The notes beneath the pieces were generated by a model that had not been told where the DNA came from, did not search any database, and worked only from the letters and a program-made list of their open reading frames with translations. Positions 13,693-28,799 of a stretch of DNA of 64,000 bases are shown piece by piece. The stretch is from Eledone cirrhosa (lineage: Eukaryota). The DNA is taken from positions 330,088,001 through 330,152,000 of the forward strand of contig OZ024743.1 in NCBI GenBank assembly GCA_964016885.1. Direction: 5' to 3'. Position numbers and translations under genes: made by a program. The stretch's first letter is position 1. Every line of letters begins with the position of its first letter.

Positions 13693-16600
13693 CTATAATG
13701 CTTTCTGATCAATGCTAAGCTAACTGCAATATATGCGTTGCCAAATAAACGCAATGGTTATTATGGGGACTTGGGGGAAATAATGACCTTTTCAAAGTAG
13801 GCGGGTGTTCTGGTCTTTAATGAAATATACCAATATCGTTTAATGGATTCCATCAAACAAACAGCATGGCAGATGTAGACCATTCCAAGTTTACTTTGAA
13901 TATCTCATCTGACTCAGCTGCTGCAAATCTGAGCACTTTTAATTTCTATTTCCAGCTAAAATTTTAGTTTCTATTCTAAGATGTCCGCTAAGTGTTTATT
14001 ACTTGTTTCATTAATGTGTACGCGGCATCGCTGAAGGAGTAAGAAGTCCGCTTCACAATCATTGGGGTCCGGATTTTGGTCCTGCTATCGTGTGGCATAA
14101 GGCGGCGAATTGTTTGAGTCGTTAAAACATTGGATAAAATGCTTTGCCGTATTCGTTCCGGTTCTCTGCTCTCTCAGTTCAAGTCCCGCCGAGGTCAACT
14201 TTGCCTTTCATCCTTTCGAGGTCGATAAAAAAAAGTACCAGTCTAGTACTGGGGTCGATTCTTCCTTTATACCTCTTTTTCACTTCCTTTTTCCTACTCT
14301 CTCTCCTTCTCTAGAAGAAATCTGCTGTATTTAAACCTGGATGGGAATAGGCTCAGCCATGTTTAAATAAGTTCTAAGAAACGCTGTATGTCAATATGGC
14401 ATCCCTACGACTCCCTCAAAAGTTATGGATCCATACCATACCATTGTGTGTCATTTAGCATAGCCTCGGGTCGACAAATGCCTTTTGAGTGCATTTGTTT
14501 AGGTGGAAACTCTACTGTATCTGTTATCCAAGGGGCCTGATCTGTCACATTCTGTCACACTGAATCTCTGAGAATGACGTTAAGGGTACATGTGTTTGTG
14601 GAATGCTGAAACACTTGGAAGTTGATTCCATGAACAGGTTGTTTCGTTGGTTGAACAGCAGGAATATTCATCGTAGAAGCCGACGATGGTCCAGTCCGTT
14701 CTAATTTAAGTCTAATACTGTCAATAGATAACAGAAGTAGACGTAGGGCATTAACAAAATATTCTAGCTTCAACAGAGCCCAGCTGTTTTCCCTGTTTAT
14801 CTGAGTAAAACGTGAAGGGTAAATAAGTTCTTTTGTCTCACCCAAATAATTTACGACTAACACACGAAAATCTTGCGCTAACTTTTGAAATAAAATTGAC
14901 GTCATCAGAAGGTGATATATGACGACAGTTACCCGATGACCCCGACTGTTAACCCTGTTTGGTGGGCACCCAGATGGGATAATACTTTTCCCATTCGAAG
15001 TAGAGGTAAATTCCTAATCTAAGATGTCATATGCTGCAACAGTATGCTGTCATATAGTGGTTACATCACCCCTGTCATATAGTGGTCACCACCACCAACC
15101 GTAACACAGGAGGACGGAAGATAACAAAATACCGGGCTTTGACCCTCCACGTCTTTCTTATAACTATTGCTGTCAAGAGGTCCGGTGTCCTCGGTTCCTT
15201 GAATGCTGCTTTCTTCCGCAAAATCAGGATGACTGCAACAGATGGAATAGCTAATGCAGCATGTATCGCTAGCTGTTCTTCACCATTTTTTCTCTTTTTT
15301 CATCTGTATCTCTGTTTATTTTAATTATTTAATACTTTTATTATTGTATACATCTATTTCTTTATTCAATTATAATATTTAGGATTGACAATAATGAATC
15401 CTCACGAGGTGTACTACAACTTGAAGCCTAAATTATTGATACCTTAACGGCTTTATTTATTGGCTCGATGGGTTGTGTGAAAGGAGGAAGTAGAACATAT
15501 TTTCAACCCAATGTTTTAGCACATTTAATGAATCCCATACTATTACAGTGAATGGCAGAGTTGGTAGAACCACTGATAGAATGCACGTGGAATTCATTCA
15601 GAATCTGATTCTTTGTTCAAATTTTGATGAAGTCAACTCTACCTTTCGTTCTTTCAAGGATCTTCTTCCTTGCTCACTTTTTCATGGAAGGGTCATGGAG
15701 ACAGGGTCCACATGAACGCCTTCCAACGTGTCATGTGACTAGCGAAACTAGTCGAGCTCGGGGATGTCATCCAACCTTCTTTCTCGGGATCTACCCCTGG
15801 GTATCCAGCTGACTGGTTTTGCTCGTAAAATTTGAGAGCGATTCTTTCCCGAGAAATTCTCATCACATGTCCGTAGTATCAAATCTATGATCTCTCAATT
15901 CGAATAAGTAGTGGCTCTACCTGGAACAACTCTCTGATCTCCGAGCTACGGATTATATCGTGTAAAGTTACTCCAAAGACCCTTCGAAGGAAGTCCATTT
16001 CGGCTAGTTCAATTTGCGAGATTATTATTTCGGTCATTACCCAAGATTCATGACCAAAGAGATGGTAAGAGATGGCACGAACATCGAAATGAAGAGTTTT
16101 GTTGATAAATAAGATGCCAGACCAGTAACAGTGACGATTCTTTCTCTATATTTCTCTCTCTTTCCTTCTCTTTTTCTGTCTCTCTTTCCTTTTCTTTCTT
16201 TGTCTGTCTTCCCTTCTCTTCTTCTCTTTCTCTTCTCTTTCTCTTCTCTTTCTGTTTTCCCTTTCTCACTCTCTTTCTTCCAACTCTCTCTTTCCCATTC
16301 TTTCCCTTTCTCTCTCGTTCCTTTTCTCTATTTACCCCCCCCCCTCTTTCTCTCTGGATCATATCGGTTGGGTTTAGGCATAGAGAGGGCGGGGTTTCCG
16401 TCAGGTTTAAATGCCCGAGTTACGCGTTACGCCGCATGTTACAATGACGACCCTATGACTCCATCAGGATTTAAGGACCCATGCCATGAATAACAGATTC
16501 ACCAATACAAAAACAGCTTCAACACAATAAATATAACGAAGCACCAAAGAAAAGCAAATATAAGCATATAAAATCCACATAAAATGTATTCTATGAACTA

Positions 16601-17189
16601 AATGCACTGTGGTTATATAATCGATAAAAACAATATTAAAATAGAACTCATAAAACAGAAGACAGCATAAAATAGACCCGATTATAAGCTAGCATAAATA
16701 ATATATTACAGAAAACACAGAAATGAAAAAAACAAACAAAACAATTTCTCATTAACAATAAACCGTCTGAAAACATCGAACTAACTTCAGAAGTCTAATA
16801 CAATTTATAAATCTACAAACATGATGTCTCTGTTAAACTAGGAAGGAATGGACTTCCGTCAATTTCGACAATGAATGTTTCGGTTCTTCAATCAACAGGT
16901 CAGCCTGCTAGTGAAGGGAAATAACGTGTAAGTGGCTGAGAATTTCATAAACAGACGTACCCATAACGTAATTCTCAGGGAGAGTCAGCATATCACGACT
17001 GAATTAGAATTATAGTCCATCCGATGAGCTTATAAACAGTTTCCGTCGATACATTTTCATTCACAAGGCCTGAGTCGACCTGAGGTTATAGTAAAAGATG
17101 CCACACAGTGGGATTGAACACGGAACCTAATAATTGCGAAATGAACCTCTTAACCATTCAACCATGCAGCCTCCACAACTGTTAAAGTG

Positions 17190-19225
17190 ATAACTATTCA
17201 CAGCTCTCACCAACTATTTTCTCAACGCCAATTTGTCCTGCCATGCCCGCGATCTTTTCTTCTCAGCCAGTTTGACCGCTCTGAGGAAGAATGACGCAGG
17301 TATCCGCCCCATCACAGCGGGCAACGTCTTCCGACGACTTGCAAGTCAGTCAAATATGATTTAAGCGAGGCACTAAGCCCTGTTCAGCTCGGAGTGAGAG
17401 ACAAGTGTGGATGTAAGTTGGCAGCTCATGCGGGCAGATCATTTATAGATCACACGCCTCCTTCGTCACCCCTGCTCCTTCGGAAGCTGAACATGAGAAA
17501 CGCTTTCAACAGCATTTGGCGGGATCACGTCTTAGAAACATGTCTCAGACGAGCCCCCTCAATGTTCTTTCATGTTCACCTCTCGTACAGAAGACTCAAC
17601 ACACTCATGGCCGCTGACAACAAGGTTACTTCCCATACGGGTGTCCAGCAAGGAGATCCACTCCGCGCGCTCCTCTTGCAGTGGCAGTCGACGACATTGC
17701 CAGTTCTGCACGAACGCTCTTAAATGTCTGGTACCTGAACGACGTGACTCTGGATGGCTCGGCTGAGTCGGTAGTTGAGGATCTTCGGTGAATCATCCCA
17801 ACTCTAAAGCTCCTCGAACTCGAGATCAACTGATCAGAATCCGAGGTGATAAACGTTAGCTACGTAGAGGCTGAATTTCACGACGCCGTAATCAGCATCC
17901 ATCCCGTCTTGTTCGGGGCTTGTACGCTGTACAAAACATATCTGCAATGTTAATTTCCACAGCGCCGGATGGCAACAAGCGAAGCTCCCAGTGAAGTTCG
18001 GTGGCCTCGGGTCAGATCTGGTACTGGCGGCCCATCTCTGCTTAATTTTCTCCAGTTGCACTCTCATCAACGAGGTCCCCAGCAAAACGGCCGAACCTGA
18101 CGTGGCCCTAGAACTGGAGCTGGCTCTGGCTGATTGGACCGGTGAAGTCCTCTCCGTCCCCCATTATATAAATGCCCAACGTAACTGGGACAACATTAAT
18201 TGCTGATCGTCCTTCAAGCGGATCGAGTCTGGCTTGGACCTATACCGCTTCGCCTGCATCCATATCTGCTTAGCAGCCAAACAGCGGTGCGTGATTCAAT
18301 TCGGTGCCCTCCTCATCAACCAGTATCTTTCTTGATGACGAGTGCACTCGCATCGGAGTAGTTCAACGCCTCGGCCTACGTGTGTGTGAGCCACACAAAT
18401 GCCGTGGGGCTGTCATCGTTGAGTTTGACCTGCACCGACTATCATGCCACCAGAGCGCAGACCGGTTCCCCCGACATGCCGCTCTCAACGATATCTTGAG
18501 ACGGAGCCTGGATGCGGCCGGCTTCCAATCACAACTCGAGCCAGAAGGTCTCGACTGCGGAGACGGCAAGCTCCCTGGCGTAATTACCCTCTTCCTATTC
18601 GAAGGAGGTAAATAACTCATTTGGGACGCGACATGCTGTGACACGTTCTCTGCCTCGAACTTAGTCGCTTTGGCCACAAATCCCGGTACCGTGGCTCGCA
18701 GTGGAGAGGACAGTAAGACAAGCAAATACCGGGGCTTGTCTGGCAGTTTTCTTTTTGCACTGGTCACCGTTGAAGCCTCAACTGTCCACGGACTTCGAAC
18801 AGCCGAGCTCGTTCATAAAATCATAACGTCAGCAGCCTGTCTGAAGGAGCCCTGCGAGGTGGGTGGCTGTTTCAGCGGGTTTCACTGGGCATTGTCCGCA
18901 GAAATGCCTTTGCAGTTTAATCCGGAGGATGCTGCCGAAACACTGCCTCGCCCTAGACATAGACCCTGTCACCTTCTCCCCTTTCCTCTCTCTTTTTTTC
19001 TGTAGCCTAATACTCCTTACCCTTTCCCTATAGTCTTTGCTCTTTCCTTCCTTTACTTTTCATTTATATATTCCTTTCATTTACTTTCCACTACAGCCTC
19101 ATCTGTCCATTTTTACCCCTTCCTCCTTTTTGCATTACTTAATATTATTTTTATTTGTTTTTAATATTTTTTAAATTATAGTTGACATAAAATTTTTTAA
19201 AAAACTTTCAAAATGAAAATATAAA
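17190..19225 (+). mobile_element. Decayed CRE-clade non-LTR retrotransposon (RT plus restriction-like endonuclease)
   Basis: GIRPITAGNVFRRLA, PVQLGV, MRNAFNSI.R, GVQQGDPL, WYLNDVT, LPVKFGGLG, CCHC-like HKC..H.LSC, RHAALND, LIWDATC, KTSKY. Confidence 0.85.
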
Positions 19226-20970
19226 TATATATATATAGCTACTTAATTATCATAAATCTATACAGAAAACCGGATCAACGTAATATTATATGGTTCACTT
19301 AATCCGTGGTACAGTTTGAAACCGCCAACACTACCAACCCCACCACCATCACTACAACAACAACAACAACAATATTGCCATGACTCATACCTATTCAGAG
19401 ATAAATAGCAAACGTTACAACTGAGCACTTTATTTAGAAAATAGAGGTGAGAACGATTAGAATGTTTGATGGATCAAAGAATTATTTTTACAAATAAAAT
19501 ATGAAAAACTGATGAGGACAAAATACAACTACTTTCAGGTTCCAATTAATATAACGGAGGTGGAATAAGCAGGGAGCGGGGAGTCTGTAATTTTATGATA
19601 GATACGTCTAAAATAATCAATAAAGTAGTCCTACATACCCCTAAAAATACTGGTCATGAGAAGAATGTCTATAATCATATGTCTGTTCATTAGATCTTAC
19701 TTGGGGTTAAACAACAACAATAAAAATCTAACAGTATTTATATCTGGTCATCTAGGTTACTCTCGGGTCCCAAATAATGGAGGGGGGATATGCGGGGAGG
19801 AGGGGGGATAAGCGAGAGGGAGGACGGTAATTTTTTAGGTTGTCTCCATTGATTTTTTTTTAAAACCAGAATTAGTCGTTTAGTTTACATATTGGGACTC
19901 CAACCAATCCTATTTATTTTATAACATGGGATTTCTAGTAATGTACTTCTTTTGTCATGTGTAATGTTTTATAATGTCTAAAGAAAATTAATTGTCGTAG
20001 GAATGCTACCACTTAAAATAAATTTCACCGGAGATAGATTAGTAAAATTGAAATAAGCGGGGTGTGGGTGGGGGTCGTATTTGAAATATTTATAAGTGGG
20101 GTGGACGTGGGAGGTGATCATTCGAGGGACGAGAGGAAGTAGTTATATTTTTAAAAACACCTCCATCAACAACGATAAAAATAATTGTTCCTACCTTTAC
20201 AATATTTTATCGACCCCGTAAGGATGAAAAGTAAAATTAACCTCGGCGGGATTTGAACTCAGACCATAAAGGAAGGTAACTCTTTGCTTCAAAGGACCGT
20301 GTCCGACCCTCTACCGATACTGCCAATCCTCCGCCACTAGACTAACAACGATAAAAATAATGATTCTTAATTTCGACGCTTGTCCACGAATTTATGGGGA
20401 GGGGAAAGTCGATTAAATCGACTTCAGTACTTCACTGATATTTTTTAATCCACCCTGGAAGTCAAAGGTGTCCTCGGCGAAATTTGAACTCACGACGTAA
20501 AGTGCTGTAAGGAAATGCTGCAGAAGAATTTGTCCGACGCTCTATTGATTCTGCCAACCCACTGCATCGATGTTAATATTTTCATTGTTACTATTGTTGT
20601 TTGTTGTTAGGGCAGTGGATTGGCACTATCGGTAGAGGGTCGGACACCATGCTTTGCAGCCTAGAGTTACGTCCCTTTATGATCTGAGTTCAAGTCCCGC
20701 CGAGGTTAACTTTGCCTTTCATCCTTACGGGATCGATAAAATAAAGTACCAGTCATGCACTGGGGTCGATTTAATCGACTTTTCCCTCCCCCCAAATTGC
20801 TGGCCTTGTGCCTAAATCAGAAACCACTATTGTTGTTTGTTGTTTTGGTTATTCAGGTGTTGCTGTTGTTGTTGTTTTTCTATTTCTTCTTCTTCATGGT
20901 GTGGCGGAGGAGGAGGAGAAGAAGTCGGTTTGTGTTGTTGTTTTGATAATTTAGTTTCTCGTTATCTTAG

Positions 20971-21063
20971 TCAGTAATTCCGAACAAGGGAGCCATAGTA
21001 TTCCTACTGACGAGTTGTTAGCAGAAACATACGGTCCTGTTGACGCCGGGTCTTCTGACATTG
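20971..21063 (+). CDS. Candidate 93-nt internal exon of an unidentified host gene
   Basis: ttatcttag| ... |gtatgt, phase 1-1, open frame SNSEQGSHSIPTDELLAETYGPVDAGSSDI, non-repetitive sequence. Confidence 0.35.
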
Positions 21064-22011
21064 GTATGTTTGTGTCAGCACAGACATATACACATACACA
21101 CCACACACACATACATACATACACACATACACACATATATATACACACACACACTCAGACACACATATATATATTAAATGTATATATCTATATATATATA
21201 TATACAGAGAGAGAGAGAGAGAGAGAGTACCACTTCTCGTGTCGTACTATTAAGTTGCATGCGAAGAACGCGACTTGTTATTCTTAGTGGCGATATTTTC
21301 TGGGTGACATCTACAGACACCTTTCTTCATCTGACGCCTCTTTAACTGGATTTCTTGTCCCTGACTTTGGCTGTAATATAATTACATAACTGGTCTGTTC
21401 CATCATTGCAATGGTATATTTATGATTTCACCGAAGGAGAAGAAAAATAAAATGACATAAAATGACATAAAATGACATAAAATATATATGTATTCATATA
21501 AGAGTTTATTTTCTCTCAAATATCAACAAGACAAATAAGTGTAAAAATATGAAACGAAAACCTACCAGAAAGTGAGAGACAGTTACTTTATTATTGCTGT
21601 TGTTGTTGTTAATGTGTTGTAATGTTCCGTTTGTTTGTAATGTTTCAACTATGAATTATGTGAAGTAGCATGGTTTGGTGCGATATTGAGGCAAGGGACA
21701 GAACAATTTTGGATCCTTGGGGAATTCCATACAATGTTTCTTAATATCTTATTATAAATATAAAAGTGGCTGGCAGACTAGGTAGAACTAATTACAGGCT
21801 TCGCTTGGAATCGAGGTATGACATGGTTACATGTACCATGCTTTCGCTAACCATTTTCGGTACCCGTTTAGTCATGAACAGACAGGTACACCCTTTCAAC
21901 AACATCACCTTTGTCATCCAAGATGTGATAGCTAGAGGTAGACAGATATGCACCAGCACTAACTTAATACTTTCTTTAATGGCCTCGAATGGAAGAAAGG
22001 CAAAGTGGCTC

Positions 22012-22335
22012 TCTTCTTCTTCTTCTTCTTCTTGAAAGGGCCTTGGGGACTGAGTCTTCAAGCCTGTCTTCCAGCGGGTCCTGCTAGAAATAATTGTTTC
22101 GAATTGGTCCAGCTCCATCTTCAATCGAGACCAGTCGGGCTCATGGATGTTATCCAACCATTTTGCTCGGGGTCTACCCTAGGTCACCAGTTGGTTTTTG
22201 CCTGTAAAATCTGTCCAACGATTCTTTCCTGGGACATTCTGCCCACATGGCCGTAATATCGGAGCTGTGATCTCTCAATTCGGAGAAGTAGTGACTACCT
22301 GGAATGTCTCTCTCATCTCCGAGCTACTCTTGGGA
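22012..22335 (-). mobile_element. RTE-type LINE 3' end with (GAA)n tail; related copies at ~15660-15960 (-), ~26360-26660 (+), 46376-46720 (+)
   Basis: LLRIERSQLRYYGHVGRM..WLDNI..W followed by GAAGAA. Confidence 0.75.
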
Positions 22336-22979
22336 GTCGGTAGAGCAACATACAACATATTTTACTGTAACTAATTACATAACTTTGTTCTGTGCACAAA
22401 ACTTCTCGATATCGACTTAACTTTACATTGCTTAACATTCCTATGTTGCTAAATAAATACCAGTCAAATATGTATATCGATTGTACTCGCAAATCAATAC
22501 TAAGATCCTGTGCTTCTGTTAGAAATCATAGTAAACATTACAGAATGAACGATAATAGAATTCATTTTCCCATCTTTTCCTGATTGTTTATGAAATACCA
22601 GTTAAATACTGGAGTTGAATAAATTGCTTATATCATTATTATTAATATGAATTATGACGATGGATTGTCAGTATCAGTAGAACGTCAGATAAACATTGCA
22701 GCATATAGTTACGTTCCTTTACTTTCTGAGTTCAAATTCTGGCGAGGTTAGCTTTGCCTTTCATCCTTACGGGGTCGATAAAATAAAGTACCAGTCACGC
22801 AATGGGAACGATTTAATCGACCTTCGCCTCCCCTTAAATTGCTGGCCTTGTGCCTAAATCAGAAACCATAATTATATATATATATATATATATAACAACA
22901 AAGATAGTGTGGTAAGGAACCAGATGGACCATAACCTACCAGAGAAAGGGCCGGAGCTCATCCGCCGGGGTCCTGACCC

Positions 22980-23025
<46 letters not shown>

Positions 23026-23873
23026 ATGTGTATATGTTTACGTTTACTTTATTGTTTGAGCAATAAAATAAGTGACCTACTTGAAAAGAGATGATTCACT
23101 CGGTTTAAGGCGCTGTCATGGCATGGTCATTATCAAGTAACAGAAACTAGTAAAAGAATAATATATCTTAATAATGATGATGTCTATGTCGATGCACTTG
23201 TTATACAACACTTTCTCAGATGAAACCAAGTGGCTAACAACTACAGCTCAGGTGTGTGCTGCCCTGGGTATATTACTAGCAGGACTAAATGTTGGGAAGA
23301 ACACTTAATAAAAGGGCCTATGTCTCTCTCTCCTGGGAAACATGCTATTCCATGTCATTGGGTTGCCGTCGTGGCACACGACTTCTCCTGGAAATATAAA
23401 CTACGCCGAACCCATCCCTCTACAGGCTATAACACAGTTATATATTTTCAGATTGAGTTAGTGTATGTGCATTAGAGAGAGAGAGTGTGTGTGTGTGAGA
23501 GAGAAGAATTGCCCTTAGTAGTGTGTTTTTTCAAGCTCGAAAATATGAAATGCATAGTTGACCTCGCCAGAAATTGAACCCGGTGTGCTATGATCCGAAA
23601 CTAAATAACGTGAATCATTGTATCCGACATTCTAACGACTCTGCAAACTCGTTGCCATTCTAGAACACATAGCAAGTGAATATATATATATATATAACAG
23701 TTAATTCTAGGTCTGGAACTAGGTGATGAAACGGCAAGAGCTCAGCCATTGGGCCGAGACTCTACTATATTTACACTCCACTATCCCAAATGTCGTGTAC
23801 TTAGCTGAATAATGGCCTCACTAGTTTAAAACCAGTATATTTCCTAACTCTGAATATATCTATTTACACACAC

Positions 23874-23927
<54 letters not shown>

Positions 23928-24810
23928 TTCTAGCCTGAAAGGCTTCTTTCACAACGACTACTTCTTCTCGAAGAAAAAGACGCAGTCGTTACGAAATCAG
24001 CATCATATCTATATCTTGTCAATGTCAATTTAAGCTTTAATCTTTCTTGGGTTGATAACATAAATAATATACATAGGAGTCACATTATCAAATTATTATT
24101 GTTATAACACCTAGCCACAAGGAACCAAACGTATCAGCACAGACCGCCTTTATTGAGTAAAACAAAAATAACTTCCATATTAATATTTCGAGAGAAAAGT
24201 TCCTTTCTTTCTACTCTGAAACAAAATTCTCAAATGTAAAAAAGAAATCTAAAGAAAATAATATCAATATTACTGTCAACTATACAGTTGTTACAATATT
24301 ATTGAACCTTGGTGGATGAGTGCTCCATTTGTTGAAGCTACTGAAAGTCTGCTCGGGAAATTATTGGGCAAGTAGTTGAGAATTCTACAGACACGTGCGC
24401 CTTTAACCTGCATCTCAGGGAGAGTCAGCATGGCACAATGCACGATAAGACTGGCCCTTTAAATTACCAGAACAACTCCTTTTTTTTGTGTGTGTTTCTT
24501 TTGTTGTTACTAGCGTGAATTGTAGTAACGTGAAATAAAGTGTCTAATTCCAAATAACAGACCACCGAAAACTCGTGACCTAGCGATCGTGATCCGAACA
24601 CCCTAACCACTAAGCCACACAGCACTATAGAAACAAAAACATCTTTATCTTTTAGAACAAGTAAAGCTATTTTATGCCATGAAGCAAAAGAGAAGTTATT
24701 TTTCTTCTGAAGCGCACCAAACATCGCAAACACCGTGATGTGGCCCTGACAGGTATTTTGTGTGGAACTCATATGAATTTCACCATCCTTATATCAAAAT
24801 ATTTGACATA

Positions 24811-25165
24811 CTCTCGGGTATCAAATAAACATCCCCGCCCTACTTATTAACTTTTCAGAACCCACCTCTCTGTTCTTATTCCACCCCTACCCTTGTATTC
24901 AATTTTGCTAATCTATTTCCGGCGAAATTTTATTGTAAGTGATAGTATTCCTGCGATAATTAATTTTTTTAGACATTAAAAAAAATAACATTACACATGA
25001 CAAAAAAAGTACATTACTAGAAATCCCATACGTTATAAATTAAATAGGATGGGTTAAGGTCTCAATATGAAAACTAAACGACTAATCCTGTTTTTTTTTT
25101 TAAATCAACTGAGACAACCTAGAAAAATTACGGATACCCCACCCCTATTATTTGGAACCTGAGAG
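24811..25165. mobile_element. TA-flanked MITE; second copy in opposite orientation at ~19760-20135
   Basis: TA|CTCTCGGGTATCAAATAA...TTATTTGGAACCTGAGAG|TA, and the interior matches 19760-20000 in reverse. Confidence 0.7.
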
Positions 25166-27431
25166 TACTTGGCTGTGAATACTGTTGGTGTAAACTATTT
25201 ATGTTATTTCTAAATACTATTGACATAGTCTATATACTAAGCTGGTGTTTTATTGGTAGTTTCTAAAGATGATGGATTATTTTAATCTATGGAAAGAGGT
25301 TAAGAATGTAGTTTTATAGGAATTATTATGCTCTCCATTAAACACAGAAAAAAAGAATCTTCAATTTCTTTAGGTTAAAACAAAAACAGGTCGACTTTGT
25401 CTTTCATCTTCCCAGGATCGATAAAACAAGTGTCAGTGATGTTAGCAGAATCGATTCCATCGATTATGCAGCTCTTCTTCCTCCTCCACCTCACACCTTT
25501 TCCCTCCTACTCCTCCTCCTCTGCTACCACGCCCCCATCACCCACCACCACCATCACCTCAACCACCAGAGCAGTAACAACAATACCACTTCTACCACCG
25601 ACACCAACAAGAACAACCCCAAAACCATCATCACCGACACCAACAACAACACCCCCATCAAAACCCCACTACCACCACTACCACAACCACCAACAACACC
25701 ATCACTACCACCACTATCACCACCACCACTACCACCATCACCAGCACCACCATCACTACCACCATGACCACCCACACTATCACAATCGAATTTAGGACTC
25801 TGAAGTAACAAGTGCTTATGGGTTCTGTGTTTATGTCACAGCGAGGAGGGGTTGTGGCAATAGAGAGAAATACTACAGATAGAGAGGTATGGTGTGTGAG
25901 AGAGATAGACATACACAGGGAGCAAAGATAGGGGGGGAGGTATGATGTGTGTGAGAGAGAGAGGGAGTATGGTGAGAGGGAGAGAGATATGATAGCGGTG
26001 AAGAAGATATATTGCTTTAAAGGACAACACTATCAGAAAACAATCCAACAAAGGAGCCTTCATGCGGCCGCTCAACGTGCTAAAAATAGCAGACAAATTT
26101 CTTTAAATCATAATCTAACCTCATTCAAAAAACAAAGTACACGTTTAGTGATTTAATCGTATAGATCTGCTCGGATATGCCTAGACTGTGGTTAAACAAT
26201 AACAGCAGCATTATCAGACCTTGTGCTGGTGAATGTATATATGGACAACTGCCATCAGTTTTCTAAATAAAAAATTATCAGCATGGTTAATACTAGCGGC
26301 CGAAATGGGGTCTCTCCGAAATTAGGTTACTCTATGGATTAATGTTACTCGATTCAGTGTGTAGCTCGGAGATCAGAAAGTTAGAGTAAGATTGTTGTCT
26401 ATTGCTTTTCCGAGTCCCAAGATAGAATGCATAGCTAGGATATCAGATTCTCTTCAGGTATTAAATACTGGACACATTTTACGGGCAAAACCAACTGACA
26501 GGAGTCCTAGGAACAACCTCATGCAAGATCGTTGGATATTGGGGATCCAGCCAGATCTGTTGGAAACGTCTGATCCTGACAGGACCCGCTGGAAAGCGTT
26601 CTTGAGAACTCTGCCCTCACGACCTCCCCATGGATAAGTGGGCGAAAAAGAAGAATTTGGTGAATATATGCGTAACATTTTAAGTAGGAAAATAGATAGT
26701 TTCGCTCAGAGTAAGCTGCATTATTGTGTAAAGTTGAATGGATTTCCGTCGATTTCGAGGATCAAAGTTCCCATTGTTCCATAAAAGGTAAAACCTTCTC
26801 ATGAAATTAACTTGTAAGTGGCTGAGCAGTCTACATATACCTGCACTTTTAACTTATCTCGCAGGGAGATTCAGCGTCATACAGTGTGCAACAAGGTTGG
26901 CCCCTTTCAAATACAGGTACAGTTCATCCGACGGTATTTCTAACAGTTTCCGTTTACCCAATTTTTCTCGGAAGGCATGAGTCGACTGAGGCTATGGTAA
27001 ATGTTACATGCCCAAGATGTCATATAGTAAGATAGAACCTGGGACCTCATGATTGCGAAGTGAACCTCTTAACCATTTGGTCAGGCTGAGCCTACTGTGT
27101 ACAGTTATTATCTAGTTGTAAACAAATAGACCGCCACCCCACACAAAATAACTTCCATGCCATAAAAAGCGGGATCACTATTCAGCTTGATAAAGCTTTC
27201 ATTGGTTTTCAACGAAAATTATCAAATCTTTCCACTAGAAAAAAAAAAAAAAAAATCCAACGACAAAACAATCGATGACTTAGTGTCATATCAAGGAAGA
27301 TCGATAAATCGTGCTCATTTCGATTAAACCTGGGCATAGTATGTCACCACTTTCTGATGTGAATAATAAAAGAAAAGATACAAGTTAATATCTACGTAGA
27401 TAGATAACTGCATAGGTAGATGTTTATTGTA

Positions 27432-27520
<89 letters not shown>

Positions 27521-27788
27521 ATAAGAGAAGTAACATGCACTGTAAACAAATAACAAATTTATTACTGACAGCAGACTGTCTATCGTTACAGTTCGGAAGC
27601 CATCTTTAGTAAAGAGGAAAATAACAAACATAACTTTATTGAGAAATCTTTTTACATTTTAGTTTAGATAGTAAGATAAACGTTACGTATAACTTATATC
27701 TCTTGATCGTGTGTAAACACCCAGATTAAACACACTCTGAAATATTTATCTAAATACACACGCCACTATGTGAATTACTATTGCTCTT

Positions 27789-27868
<80 letters not shown>

Positions 27869-28799
27869 GTATATTTGTATAATTTTGGGTATATATATAT
27901 GTATATATATATATATACATATATGTATATATATATTTGTATATATATATGTACATATAATTGCATATATATATGTATATATACGTATATATATATATAT
28001 ATGCATATATATATACATAAATATATGTATATATATGTACACATATATATATAGATATATATGTACATATATATGTACATATATATGTACATATATATGT
28101 ATGTATGTATATATATATATGTGTGTGTGTATAGAAAGCATGTGTGTTTAGAAGACAGAGAGCGGAATTTGAAAATTGCATTAGAATTAGAAACTGCTCT
28201 GATGCCCATCTTTTTCCGTTCAGGGGCTTATATGACCCGTTAGACTATTTTCTTTACACAAAATATAGCGAAATCTACTAATTCAATTTGAGCGAATACA
28301 CACACGCACGCACACGCACATACATACACACACACAAACACATACAAAGAAAATGAAAGCCTATTTGCCGAAATAAAAACAGGTTATAGATTAGAGGAAT
28401 GATTTAATTATAAAATGGCAGCCAAGAGTTATGTTATATTTGTATATGTTCACAACATTTTAATAGAGAAAAGTAAACGAGTGGTATTAAAATCATTGGG
28501 AAACATTTTTGTATTAGAATTATGTAAAACCAGGTTTATATCTCAATGAGTTGACAGCTTAAATAAATGCTTTTGTTTCAATTAGATAGAAATCGATATT
28601 ATGGAAGATATGGATACAATCAATTGAATTGGTTCGATATAAAAGATTATTATTGTTCTTGTTTTGTTTCACTTAAACGGAAGATGAAATCCAAAGTCGG
28701 TCTTGTTGAAATTGTAATTATTTTTGTTAATTATTAATTGGGAAGAGGCTCAACAGCGCTCATAATCTTTGAGTTCTAATCCAGTCTGATGATATTGAA

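Noticed and set aside
19505-19525. ACTGATGAGGACAAA match to the 47-kb ribozyme S1 strand
   Set aside because: None of the upstream helices or the k-turn is present, so probably chance.
21797-21950. Possible host exons (also 13059-13160 and 59333-59401)
   Set aside because: AG/GT signals and short open frames exist, but there is no recognisable protein or consistent gene model.
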